A DNA stretch of 63,986 nucleotides, filler included, from Octopus bimaculoides (taxonomy: Eukaryota), in NCBI RefSeq assembly GCF_001194135.2. It is 8 parts of 7 records of this genome, joined end to end, with 100 filler letters (N's around TTAATTAATTAA, not from the genome) between each part and the next. Parts side by side here need not be neighbours in the genome. Positions count along the whole stretch, not along the records: positions 38,375 to 45,842 come from NC_069005.1; positions 45,943 to 53,337 come from NC_069004.1; 6 more parts are not named here. One strand, 5' to 3'. Under the pieces are notes generated by a model. The model made no database searches. It was given only the letters and a program-made list of their open reading frames with translations, and had not been told where the DNA came from. Shown here piece by piece: positions 38,873 to 51,299 of this stretch. Position 1 is the stretch's first letter; each line of letters begins with the position of its first letter. Position numbers and translations under genes: made by a program.

Positions 38873-39360
38873 GTATACATATATACACACTCGTGCAAAC
38901 CTCCCACACATTCACACCCCCGCACACCCTCACACAACCCTTGCATTATCTATAACTGTTTTCATATAAAATTCAGACCCTATTGTGTTTCCGTACACCT
39001 GCTACTCTTGTCTTTGGTTTTCTACTTAAAACTTTGACTCACTTTCCAGGAATTTCNNNNNNNNNNNNNNNNNNNNNNNNNNNNNNNNNNNNNNNNNNNN
39101 NNNNNNNNNNNNNNNNNNNNNNNNNNNNNNNNNNNNNNNNNNNNNNNNNNNNNNNNNNNNNNNNNNNNNNNNNNNNNNNNNNNNNNNNNNNNNNNNNNNN
39201 NNNNNNNNNNNNNNNNNNNNNNNNNNNNNNNNNNNNNNNNNNNNNNNNNNNNNNNNNNNNNNNNNNNNNNNNNNNNNNNNNNNNNNNNNNNNNNNNNNNN
39301 NNNNNNNNNNNNNNNNNNNNNNNNNNNNNNNNNNNNNNNATATATATATATATATATATT

Positions 39361-39635
39361 TGGGCGCGTGGCCGAGTAGTTACAGAGCAGCACTCACAAG
39401 CGCTAGGTGGTGGTTTCTCTTCCTGGGCCGAGTGCTGCGTTGTGTTCGTGTGATAAAATACCCTTCATCTCACGTTGCCCTTCAGTCACTGCGACACCCG
39501 ACGTCTGGCACACCGTGGCACCTGTACAGGCAACGTCGACTTAATGAAGGATGTCAGCTAACGTGCGGCACATATATCTGATCACTATAAACAAATTAAT
39601 TGTGTGCAGCTTGTTCAGCAAGAAATTGTAGAACC
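39361..39635 (+). mobile_element. SINE family C
   Basis: GGCGCGTGGCCGAGTAGTTA.. tRNA-like head; reverse complement of the 10865 and 57905 copies; its tail also matches 28760-28830. Confidence 0.65.
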
Positions 39636-40054
39636 GTCCACGAGAGTCCACGAGACATCACCGTCATCATCATCATCATCATCATCACCATCGGTCACTT
39701 AAGCAATGTAACTACACACGTGTTGTTGACGATTTCTTTTCTTTCTTTGGACTTTTCCCTTTTTCTCTTTTCCGACGAAGCGCTATGCTCAAAACGTCAA
39801 AACTTTCCTCTTTTTACTCAGCGTCAAACTAAGTCTTTTATTGTTAATGTTATTGTTCGTTTATTTGAACCGAATTTGTCTCAATGATAATGGTGCGAAA
39901 CTACAATGATATTTTGGTTCATTGACTGACGAGGAAAACTCTATTTTCCTCTAACTTTTTATCCGTGTTGTGTTCTGTCTGTTCAATACTTGATATATAT
40001 ATATACATAGTGAGAATTTACAAAAAAAAAACAAACGACGAACACGGGTGTGTG

Positions 40055-40305
40055 GATTTGGTAGACGGAAACTGAAAGAAGGGTGTCGTGTTGGTGTGTT
40101 CACACCCCCGTAACTTAGCGGTTTGGCAAAATTTACCGATAGAATAAGTACTAGGCTTACAAGGAATAAGTCCTAAGGTCGATTTGCTCGACCAAAGGCG
40201 ATGCTCCAGCATGACTGAAACAAGTGAAAGAATGAAAGAACATATAGTATATGGCGGTGCTCCAGCATGGTCGCAGTCAAATGACTGAAACAAATAAAAG
40301 AATAA
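40055..40305 (+). mobile_element. SINE family A, head end joined to 3' tail, with tail duplication
   Basis: GGATTTGGTAGACGGAAACTGAAAGAA followed by GTAACTTAGCGGTT.GGCAAAA..GGTGCTCCAGCATGG.CGCAGTCAAATGACTGAAACAA. Confidence 0.85.
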
Positions 40306-40331
40306 AAGAATATGTTCCTATGTGTGTGCGC

Positions 40332-40383
<52 letters not shown>

Positions 40384-40817
40384 NNNNNNNNNNNNNNNNN
40401 NNNNNNNNNNNNNNNNNNNNNNNNNNNNNNNNNNNNNNNNNNNNNNNNNNNNNNNNNNNNNNNNNNNNNNNNNNNNNNNNNNNNNNNNNNNNNNNNNNNN
40501 NNNNNNNNNNNNNNNNNNNNNNNNNNNNNNNNNNNNNNNNNNNNNNNNNNNNNNNNNNNNNNNNNNNNNNNNNNNNNNNNNNNNNNNNNNNNNNNNNNNN
40601 NNNNNNNNNNNNNNNNNNNNNNNNNNNNNNNNNNNNNNNNNNNNNNNNNNNNNNNNNNNNNNNNNNNNNNNNNNNNNNNNNNNNNNNNNNNNNNNNNNNN
40701 NNNNNNNNNNNNNNNNNNNNNNNNNNNNNNNNNNNNNNNNNNNNNNNNNNNNNNNNNNNNNNNNNNNNNNNNNNNNNNNNNNNNNNNATATATATTCATA
40801 TATATCTCATATATATG

Positions 40818-40854
<37 letters not shown>

Positions 40855-41004
40855 ATGCATATATATCATATATATATATATATACATACACACACGTTCA
40901 TACATCTTAAAATATATTTATGTATACACACATTCACGCGCGCGTGCATGCGTGCATGGGTCTGTGAGTGCGTGTGTGTGTCCGCGTGCTTGTGCATATA
41001 TATT

Positions 41005-41525
41005 CGAAAACCTACGACCTCCCATATTCAAAAGACATCACGTCGATTGCAGAAAGCGAAGATCGTCTGCCACAGTTTCTGTTGTTGGCAGTTGTGATTA
41101 CATCCAGCGAAAAATGGAGGGAATTTTGCCTTCAATGGCAGCCAACTTCACAAAGACTTCGACCATTATCAAAACGGTCAATGGCACCATACAGAATTCT
41201 GTACCGGCAACTGAAGTTGTAAAACCAAGTTTAATGTTCTTGGTGCTGTTATTTCTATAAAAGGCCGAACGCAACAACAAAAGAAATAAAACGAAGAACC
41301 GCTGCTATTACTAAATATCTGAAGATGGAACCGAACGTGATTTGGAAGGAGGAGAATCAAAGAAAGCAATTTAATAAATTCTTTGGTATTTCCAATTGTG
41401 ACCTTTGGAGCATGAACGTCGATGGTTAATAAAATTGATCAGTAAAGAATTCAAACTTTTGAAATGTGGAATTGGAGAATAATGATAAGAATTTCTTGGA
41501 ATGAATTGATTGCCCGAAGCAATCA
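41005..41525 (+). mobile_element. RTE/BovB-like LINE fragment (RT end and post-RT region)
   Basis: YSKDITSIAESEDRL (YADD-like), KFNVLGAVI (FxYLGS-like), LVFPIVTFG..RIQTFEMWNWRIMIRISW. Confidence 0.7.
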
Positions 41526-41581
41526 ATTTTCTAAGAAACTGTAGAAAGCAAATCGTTGCTTAACGCGGTTGTGCAACAGCT

Positions 41582-41631
41582 ACAGGTGACAGGTGAGAGA
41601 TGACAGGTGACAAGTGACAGGTGATAGGTGA
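41582..41631. repeat. (TGACAGG)n heptamer minisatellite
   Basis: About 7 imperfect units. Confidence 0.85.
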
Positions 41632-41688
41632 TTCTGTGTTTGTGAATGTGTGTGCTTGTGTATGCCTGTCTATCAATGTATATACGTC

Positions 41689-41730
<42 letters not shown>

Positions 41731-41769
41731 AAACCAATTCATTGCGAATACATTTTAACGATAAAATCT

Positions 41770-41906
41770 TAAGTTAGAAGCTTGCTTCCCGACTATATGG
41801 TTCCGGGTTCAGTCTCACTGCGTGGCACCTTGGTCAAGTGTTTTCTACTATAGCCTTGTGAATGGATTTGTGAGACGGAAACTGAAAGAAGCCCGTCGTA
41901 TATATA
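41770..41906 (+). mobile_element. SINE family A head ending in its internal (TA)n at a gap
   Basis: ..GGAAACTGAAAGAAGCCCGTCGTATATATA then N-gap, resuming in (GT)n + CTGTGTTTGTTCTCC. Confidence 0.85.
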
Positions 41907-43341
41907 NNNNNNNNNNNNNNNNNNNNNNNNNNNNNNNNNNNNNNNNNNNNNNNNNNNNNNNNNNNNNNNNNNNNNNNNNNNNNNNNNNNNNNNNNNNNNN
42001 NNNNNNNNNNNNNNNNNNNNNNNNNNNNNNNNNNNNNNNNNNNNNNNNNNNNNNNNNNNNNNNNNNNNNNNNNNNNNNNGTGTGTGTGTGTGTGTGTGTG
42101 TGTGACTGTGTTTGTTCTCCCTTAAATACCATCAATTGACCTCCTCTTGGGTGTATCATTATTCCCTTAAAGGTGTTTATGTGGAGGAAAATATTGAAAA
42201 ACATTGATGATACATGCCAGAGTGACAATGAAAAAAGAAAGGTATCCGGTGGTCGTAGGTTGTGCTAAAAATAACAGCTACATCGCCTTTAAATAACACA
42301 CAAAGAAATCTTTTTTTTATAACCGTATGAATTCCCGTGTGGAGAACAAATTCGCAAAAATTTTCTGAAAATTCCAAAAATGAAAACGTTATGAGGAGTT
42401 ATATGCGGTGTTTAGACCAAAATTCCGCCAGATCTTTATCTCCATCGTGGCACCAATCGCAAGAAGAGACCCTTTGATGCCTGTTTTAGGGAATAATGGT
42501 CTTGTTTTCTTGGACTATTTCAAAGAATAAAAGGTCTCTTTAATGCCTATTTTCGTCAAGTTACATCAAAGAATTCTTTGATAACTCTTCTTCCTCCCTA
42601 CAGACATCATCACCATATTGGACACCAATATGGCTGACGCGAAACACCCCAAGGGAGCGTTCTGTGTATTAAATATATGCACGACAGTTTCATATATGTT
42701 ATTCATTGATCAACTGACATTATCCATGTGATTAGAAGGCGAGCACTCCCTCTATAGCGTTTAAATGTACATCGAACGCAGTCTCGTATATGTAATTATA
42801 GTGAGTGGTAAAAGTTTGATCAACTAAGATTATCCAAGTAATGAGCAGACAAACACTCCCTCGGGAATTGTTTAAGATCTAAAGAAACACAAGCAAGGGA
42901 GATAATTTCAAGCAGGACGATCAAAATACACAACTTTTAACTCTGGCCATATGTGTGTGTGTGTGTCTGTGCGTGTGTGCGTATGTATGTGTGAACGTAT
43001 GTGAAGTAATTGGTGGTGTGTGAGAGTGCGTGTGTGTGTGTGTGTGTGTGTATGTGTGTTTTTACGGGCCGTAATAGAAGAAAAAGAGGGGTGAAGGAGA
43101 GAGAGAAGAAAAAGTGGAAGAAAGAGAGAGAGTGAGAGAGAAAGGGAGAAAGTGAGAGTTAATGGACAATGGGAAATAGAATTATTTAATAATCAGAATG
43201 GAAATCATGGAAGAACGTTTCCGCCCTTATCTCGTAGAACAGAACATATTTGCTATTTCGTCCAAAGTAATGTTACGGCATCAACTTCGGTTATTCCTGC
43301 AGTTATTGACACAATGAACAATAATGTATATAAGTGCGTGT

Positions 43342-43396
<55 letters not shown>

Positions 43397-43839
43397 GCAC
43401 ATACATTCATACATCCTGGATACATATATACATACATATGTTTGTGTGTGTGCTTGGGTAGGTGGTTGGGTGTGTGTGTGTATGTGTGTGTTTCTTCTCT
43501 TTGAATCTTTAGAAATCTAGAATTATCTTCTGTAAGTGCGCCATATTTTAACTATTAAATTCTTGATTCTAAAGAGTTAGAAAATGGTCTCGTTTATTCG
43601 TTTATTCGTTTATTTAAAAGAAAACGAGACGACACGCTATCTTTAGAAACAATTATTCATACATACATACATACACACATACATACGTATATATATGTAT
43701 GCGTGTATGTATGTATGTATGCGGGTATGATATTGATACATGTGTGTGTATAATATATATACATAAATGTATGCGTATATATGTCTGTACATATGTACGT
43801 GTTTGTGTATGCATATATGTGTGTGTATGTGTATAGTGC

Positions 43840-44322
43840 TGGCATGGCTCTCTGATAAGATATTTGTTTCCCAACCCCATGGTTCCGGGTTCAATCCCAC
43901 TGCATTGCATTTTGGGCTACTATCATATACTACATCTCCGAGTCGACCAAAGCCTTGAGAGTGGATTTAGTAGGCGTGCGCATGCGCGCGCGTGTATGTG
44001 GATACATACATATGTATATATGTATATACATAAATATATAATCGACTGTATCAAACTTATGGCTGTTGACACCTGTCTAAGTTGTCATGCAGTGGAATTG
44101 AACCCGGAACCATGTGGTTGGGAAGCAGAATTCGTACCACACAGCTACGTACGTATGTGCGTTATGCAGGGTTACTCTTTTACAGCTGAGTGGACTGAAG
44201 CAACGTCAAATGAAGGGGTTTGCTCAAGACCACAATACATCGTCTTTTTCAGGAATTGAAACCATGACCTTGCGATCTGATCGTAAGTACAACGCCCTAA
44301 CCACTAGGCCGCACGCCTTCAC
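43840..44322. mobile_element. SINE group: A (+) 43840-43975, A (-) 44070-44145, C (-) 44170-44322
   Basis: ATGGTTCCGGGTTCAATCCCACTG; GAACCCGGAACCATGTGG; GGAATTGAAACC..CCTAACCACTAGGCC.CACGCCTTCAC. Confidence 0.75.
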
Positions 44323-45810
44323 AGGGTGTCTCTCACAATTCCAAATTCATATTCAAGAATCAATGAATGCATTCTTCACCCGCTTCTTGAGTCATTCTGA
44401 ATAATTGTGCGACTGATGTGACCTGACAGATTCGAACCGAGTGATCTGCATTTTGTGAGCATACTTCACTTGCTAGATATATAGGGGACTTAAAATATCC
44501 TCTGATGCAGTTCTGCCGCTGTCTCGCCGTTGCCTGACTTCAACCTGTTCGATTATGTCTTTCTGCTTTCAGGTTAGACGATACAGACGGAGCAGGGAGT
44601 AATTTCACCCACATATATATATATATATANNNNNNNNNNNNNNNNNNNNNNNNNNNNNNNNNNNNNNNNNNNNNNNNNNNNNNNNNNNNNNNNNNNNNNN
44701 NNNNNNNNNNNNNNNNNNNNNNNNNNNNNNNNNNNNNNNNNNNNNNNNNNNNNNNNNNNNNNNNNNNNNNNNNNNNNNNNNNNNNNNNNNNNNNNNNNNN
44801 NNNNNNNNNNNNNNNNNNNNNNNNNNNNNNNNNNNNNNNNNNNNNNNNNNNNNNNNNNNNNNNNNNNNNNNNNNNNNNNNNNNNNNNNNNNNNNNNNNNN
44901 NNNNNNNNNNNNNNNNNNNNNNNNNNNNNNNNNNNNNNNNNNNNNNNNNNNNNNNNNNNNNNNNNNNNNNNNNNNNNNNNNNNNNNNNNNNNNNNNNNNN
45001 NNNNNNNNNNNNNNNNNNNNNNNNNNNNNNNNNNNNNNNNNNNNNNNNNNNNNNNNNNNNNNNNNNNNNNNNNNNNNNNNNNNNNNNNNNNNNNNNNNNN
45101 NNNNNNNNNNNNNNNNNNNNNNNNNNNNNNNNNNNNNNNNNNNNNNNNNNNNNNNNNNNNNNNNNNNNNNNNNNNNNNNNNNNNNNNNNNNNNNNNNNNN
45201 NNNNNNNNNNNNNNNNNNNNNNNNNNNNNNNNNNNNNNNNNNNNNNNNNNNNNNNNNNNNNNTATATATATAAACAGACGTATGTGTGTGTGTTTGTGTA
45301 TATGAGTGCATGCATATGTGTACATTTTTGCGTGTCGCATGTATATTTATGTATAAACGTATTCGTGTGTATGTATGTATGTGTATATATGTATTAGTGT
45401 GTCTACCCCTGAACGTATGCATATGTATATTTTCTATACATGCTAGTGTGGATGGCGCATACGTGTGTATGTGAGTGTGTGTGTGTATGTGAGGGCATGC
45501 GTGCTTGTACATGTGTATGTGTGGGGGGTGTACCCCTTTATATACATGCGCTTTGTGTGTTTCTATATATGGTTTTGTTTGTGCGTACTTCTCTATAAGT
45601 GTATGTGCGTGGGAGCATCAGCGTGTGTGTGTGTGTGTGTATGCGCGGGCATGTGCGCTTGTACATTTGTGTTCGTTTACATTTTGCTTACGTTAGAGCA
45701 ATATTTATGTTTTGTTGGTTTTGTAGATAATATGGTTTGTAAACAAATAAACATATGTATATAAATATACATTCACCATCATATGTATGTATGCATGTGT
45801 TTGTACGCAC

Positions 45811-45842
<32 letters not shown>

Positions 45843-46810
45843 NNNNNNNNNNNNNNNNNNNNNNNNNNNNNNNNNNNNNNNNNNNNTTAATTAATTAANN
45901 NNNNNNNNNNNNNNNNNNNNNNNNNNNNNNNNNNNNNNNNNNTATATATATATATATATATATACATATATATATGAGAAATTATGATAACCACAAATTT
46001 ATATCACTTGTTCTCGAGATATTTTTTATCATTGTGGTTATCTATAACTTCTGCATTGGATTTTACGAGTGCACTTGGAGCATCCAATTCAGAGGTCCCA
46101 AACAAAAATAAAATGAAACGTACATAGGGAACGAATGATATAAACTTGTGTTTATCATAATTTCTCTTACATTTGTTCTGTATATCATACTTAGTAATAC
46201 TACTAAGTACATTTGTAACTAAACCACTATATTGGAAGTAGATTGGATGATGATAGTCTACGTGTATCTCTAAACTCACCAGTAGTAGACGTACAACTAA
46301 CTGTACACACACACGTGTATATTTATTGTGGTAAAGTAAGAGGTATTTCCCCGTTTTGATTTTGACCGAGATTAAGCATCATGCTTTATCTTTTTTATTT
46401 CCCTTCAATAACAGCATAATTTTAATAAATTATTCATGTTAAAACGTACTTTGCAATTTGTTTTTAATACAGAGAGCATCACTGGGTATTTTACCTCGGA
46501 CATTCTTCCTAGTTTTCATACCTATCAATGTTAATTCACAAAAGTTCTCTATATGCAGTTTAATCAGTTAAAACCAGCCAGGGTTAGCAAGTAATTACTT
46601 CGCTAAGGAAAGTTAATAAGATCGAAACATGTATCGATGATTAGACTCCCATTGCATTATTCACATTGATTTAAATCTATCAAGCTTTGTAGTTGTCTCC
46701 CTTGCCATTATTTTTTTTCTCCATAGCATTAATCGTTAAACTATTATTGACTTTTTCATCTTCAATACAGTGTAATTTTAATTACGATTTTGTAAGGTCT
46801 CGTTATGTAT

Positions 46811-46945
46811 AGGTTTATTCATAATGCAACATGGCCATCGATGTTTCAACCAGAATGCTGGCTGCGCCTCGTCAGAAAGCTTCTCTGACGAGGCTTCGCG
46901 GCCATTCACTTGGCCAAAACAACGATGTAAGAATATGAATAAACT
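46811..46945. ncRNA. Back-to-back pair of degenerate hammerhead-like motifs (46835-46876 -, 46881-46933 +)
   Basis: Plus: UUCU-CUGACGA-GG..CC-AAAAC-A(acga)U-GUA-AGAA. Minus: CUGACGA-GG..CCAG(cauu)CUGG-UU-GAAAC-AUCGAU-GG. Central 10-bp inverted repeat CCTCGTCAGA/TCTGACGAGG. Confidence 0.6.
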
Positions 46946-47649
46946 ATTTATAAATATTGTGTTGGATACTGAATATATATTGACTTAAATGTTTACTAGA
47001 TCGGAATCGTGTGTGTGCCTGTGCCTGTGTGTGTGTGCGCGCACATACACACACGTAAATAGATGGATGTATGCGTGTACTCTTCAGGATATTACTGCAT
47101 TTCTTATTCCAAGACAAGCGATTTATTTCTTTTTCACTTCAAGCATGCCTAACATTTTTGATGGTAGTCAATAATCTGGAGAGAGTTGGGCTCCATCTAA
47201 CTGGCTTCTCTTTCAAATACTTCTTTAAAATGAAACCCTTAGTAGAGGATGACTTAACAGGATCCAGTTTCCTGTGTAATAATTCACTGTGCTATATACT
47301 AATCAGGAAATTGGTTTATTCGTGTCAAAATTGAAGTGGGTTAAGTGTGTTTCAGTTTACTCAGTCATCGTTGCTCTCTTTAAAGCAAGATAAGCTACTT
47401 ATCTTGAAACTGACTTTACATAAATTCATTAACATCTGTTGGAAAGAAAGAATATATCATGAAAAACGAAATTGTATGGAGAAGTTTAGGAAAAGCGACA
47501 TTAAGGATGGGTCAAGAATGAATTGAAGACATGTCCTGGCACGAATTGAAAATCGAAAAAGAACGAAGAGAAAGAGAAGAATGTCATCAGAAATCAATAA
47601 AATAAAACCTGGGTCATTGATATTACTTATAGTATTGCTAGTTACATAA

Positions 47650-47865
47650 GTCAGTGATCTGGCAGAATCGTTAGCATTCCGCGCAAAATGTTTAGCGGCA
47701 TTTCGTCCGTCTTTACGTTCCGAGTGCAAATTCCAACAAGGTCGACTTTGCTTTCCATTTTTTTGAGGTCAATAAAATAAGTACCAGTTGAACTCTGGAA
47801 TCGGTGTAATCAACTTACCTCCTCTCCCGAACTTACTGTCCTTGTGTCAAAATTTGAAACCAATA
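47650..47865 (+). mobile_element. SINE family B
   Basis: GGCAGAATCGTTAGCA..GGTCGACTTTGC..AATAAAATAAGTACCAGTTG..AAATTTGAAACC. Confidence 0.85.
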
Positions 47866-48089
47866 TTTCTAGCTATTTGTTTTTATCTGAGTCTTCTGAT
47901 ATCAAGCCTTACTTTTACCCAAACGACGTTGCTGATAATCGATCCTACATAATGCCTTATTTTCGTTAACTTCTACTATTTCTGTTGTCTTGGATACAGT
48001 TTTAGTAAAAAGTATCGCTCATATATATCGTTGTCGGCTCGTCCCTCGAATCCGAGGAATTGATTTCTCCTCCTGGATGAATATTTGGA

Positions 48090-48915
48090 TCATTAATGCT
48101 GCTGGTGAATGTAGCTAATGAGGTCAATCCTCGCATTGGCCACATGTGAATGTCGGAGTCGGTCATGGTCATTGCTGTCTGGCCTTCCGTTACCGTTGTC
48201 TCACCTCTATTTTATTCTTTCTCTTTCAGACAATATTACGTTATTGTTTATGTTTTGTCGGTAGTTGGAACAGTGGTTACGATCATCTCAAAAGCCTGGG
48301 GGTCGAAGCTGGCCTGCTCCCAAGTTGAATTTGGCTGATCTTTGTAACATCGAAGAGAGGTTCCTCTTTGTCTTTACCCGGCTGCCAGTTTACTGAAGAG
48401 AGTTTGGTGATATGGCTATGTCGTCGAAGACGATATTTAATTATTAGGGATTCGATGCTCTCGCTATTCGCTCTTTCCATCACGGAATTATTGTGTTCAA
48501 GAGAGCGCGGAGTTTCAGTTGAAAGCGTTCAAGTATTTTACTGTCACTACTATATAAAGTCCAAGTTTCACAACCGTATAAGAGCGTGAATATGACAACA
48601 GCTTGGTAGACCATAATCTTCGTCTTCAAAGTTAGCTCTTTGTTTTTGAATACACCTTTTGTTAGTTTACCGAAAGCTGAATAAGCCGATGCAATACTTC
48701 GTTCCACACCTTGTTCAGAATTGCATTTGGTGGAAAGCACACTTCCAAGGCATGCAAACTTGCTTAAGTGGCGAGCCCGAAATGTCGATGTTAAAATCTG
48801 GCAGGGCAGAAATCGGGGCTGGTTGGGCGAGGACTTAAGGTTTTTAGTATTAACAGTGAGCCCAAAACATTGATACACATTGATGAAATTCTTGACAGCT
48901 TGTTACACTTCTGTG
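48090..48915 (-). mobile_element. RTE/BovB-like LINE 3' part
   Basis: FACLGSVLS..SAFGKLTKGVF..KIMVYQAVVIFTLLYGCETWTLY..LERF; ERANSESIESLIIKYRLR; degenerate terminal CxxC finger (FTCGQC). Confidence 0.85.
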
Positions 48916-48954
48916 CATGACTGAGCGTACTGGAGTTCTGAAATTCGCTCAAAT

Positions 48955-49093
48955 GTATGTATGTATGTATGTATGTATGCATGCATGCATGCATGTATGT
49001 ATGTATGTATGTATGTATGCATGCATGCATGCATGTATGTATGTATGTATGTATGCATGTATGTATGTATGTATGTATGCATGCATGTATGTA
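48955..49093. repeat. (TATG/CATG)n compound microsatellite
   Basis: Direct. Confidence 0.95.
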
Positions 49094-49756
49094 TATTATA
49101 TTATATTATTTTTAACATAGTGGGAGTTTTATTATGGACAAGACCAGCACTATGTGCTTGGTAAATTAGGAATCGGCAATCACCTGGGGTGATAACATCA
49201 AGATGGTTGGGAACACAAACAGCTTACACAAAATTTCTTAGTCCAATTTTGGTCACTGGCGGTAGAATAAAGGATGGAGGATAAGAGCTAGTGGAGAGGT
49301 AGACGGGAGATGTGTGATAAGTCATATTACATGTCATAATTTTGGCAGGAAATATTTCAAAGTTTGTCGTATCTTAATGATAATCATAAAACTATACATT
49401 TCTTCTTTATAAATTAATTATAATTTTTCCACGGTATTTTCTAGCCGGTGTAATGAAGGTGATGGCTGGAGGATGTTGTAGAAAGAAAATGTGGCTATCA
49501 TTGAAGGTTAAGGAGAAAGAGGCGCACGTTGTAAGGCTGTTTTAGAACGGGGAATACCCTCGCATCCTCCATAGCTATAGATAACAAATCTATGCTTCAT
49601 ATTTATTTTTATTTTTTTGTTCTACGTGAGATGGGGGTTAGTATCAGAATTGTAATTAACGTTTAGCTTCTAAATGTAAATATTGAAAATACCAAGGATA
49701 AACTAATGCATTCTGAGCACGGTTATACCACACGCAAATGTATTTATAACTGAGTA

Positions 49757-49802
49757 CCTGAGTGTGAACCTGAGTGTAAACCTGAGTGTGAACCTGAGTG
49801 TG
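49757..49802. repeat. 12-bp minisatellite (CCTGAGTGT(G/A)AA) x about 4
   Basis: Direct. Confidence 0.9.
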
Positions 49803-50289
49803 TTCAGATAGTTCTAATCTTTCAAGCATGAAAGAAGGAAAAACACATAAAAAAGTTCACAAAATTTTGCAGAAAATACAAATTAATCATGATGAAACCA
49901 CTGGACAAATTAACACATTCCACACGACGTAAAACCTCGAATGACAAAAGTCCACGCGTGAAGCCATTAAATTTTGGCCGGATGGCGGGGAGCTTGTAGA
50001 ACAGCTCATAGTGTACGCTAACGTATATCGGACGTATTCTGTGCTGTTCGACTTGTTATGTATCTCAGGTTATCGCAATGTAATACGTCGTTCTTTTATT
50101 TCACACTAAGTCTATAAAAGAGAAATTTTTCTCTGAGACAAGTGACCCACAGCGAACATCTTTCATATGTTGTCGCTACTTCGTGTTCTTATTTATAACA
50201 TGACAAATCCTCAGTACACAGCAGCAGATTTCTTTTCTCTTTGGCTGATTACAGATAAGAAATAAAGTTCCGACTGGGCTATGAAAGAA

Positions 50290-50620
50290 TGAAACAATTT
50301 CTGTCTCTAAGAAAGTGTACTCAGACCGAAAAATATGTTTGGCAGTCCTATAGCTTCATTCAAATCTCGGTTCGATGTGTTTTTATACACAAAGTCTGAA
50401 AGGAGAAATTTTCCAGCGAGATCAGTGACCTGCAGCAAGCGCCTTCCACGTTCAAGTGTAAAGGAGCATGTTAAATATATGTACACATCATTGACTCTTT
50501 TACTGGTTTCAATCATTTGATTATGGCCAATGTGGAGCACCGCCTTCAAAGGCTTTAAGCGATCACACAGCAGCCCAGTGAATATTTTAGTATGATACTT
50601 ATTTATACTATCGAGCACTA
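50290..50620 (-). mobile_element. Possible very old non-LTR RT fragment (domains 2-3)
   Basis: KIFTGLLCDRLKPL..IGHNQ..DLAGKF loosely follows KIxxxILxxRL..Q..DxxKAF; weak. Confidence 0.25.
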
Positions 50621-50679
50621 TTTACTGAACCACAAAGTTTTCAAATAAGTCAGTGCCGGTTTACACTGCTAGGCAAAAA

Positions 50680-50742
<63 letters not shown>

Positions 50743-51299
50743 GATGCATCTCCCTCTGTTTCGATGATGAATATTCAGGTCTAGTGAAACGGTCGTAGGA
50801 ATATTTTCTTTTAATATGTGACCCAAAGCTTTTTTTATGATGCCTATTATTTTCTCTTCCCTATATTCTCAATTCTTTTTTTAAAAACATTTTCATCAAT
50901 AATCCTATACTTCATTATATTATTACTATGTTTATATATCCATATATTTATATGTCTACATATATTTTTAATATTCATGTATTTTTATATTTTTACATAT
51001 ATTTTTAATATTTTTTTTTTTAAATTTATTTATGTGTTTCAGCCAAGTGGCTGCGGTCATGCTGGTGCACCATCAATTTTATTTTGGACAATTTTTTATC
51101 TTACTTAAATCCGTCCGCATATGTTCTCATTGTAGTTTGCCTGACTTGAACTCTTTCCATTTCATTTGTTATACTTGTCTAACATCTTAGGTTTGACTTG
51201 AGCACTTCTATGTGGTCTATGTGTTTCGTAAGAAAACTATAACGATATACTTTTGCTCTATAGAGCGCTTCTTATATAGACTGCAATAGTGGAAAAACA

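Noticed and set aside
42604-42650. IITILDTN as a cadherin calcium-binding motif
   Set aside because: Lacks the following DN-x-P-x-F and any flanking cadherin sequence.
16469-45512. Long ORFs of 180-312 aa (16469, 23024, 40251, 40322, 44574 and similar)
   Set aside because: They run through N-gaps and (TA)/(TG)/(CA) repeats; not genes.
50764-50800. ATGATGA..TAGT-GAAAC-G-GTC
   Set aside because: C3 is altered and stems I and II are unconvincing; at most a heavily decayed HHR.
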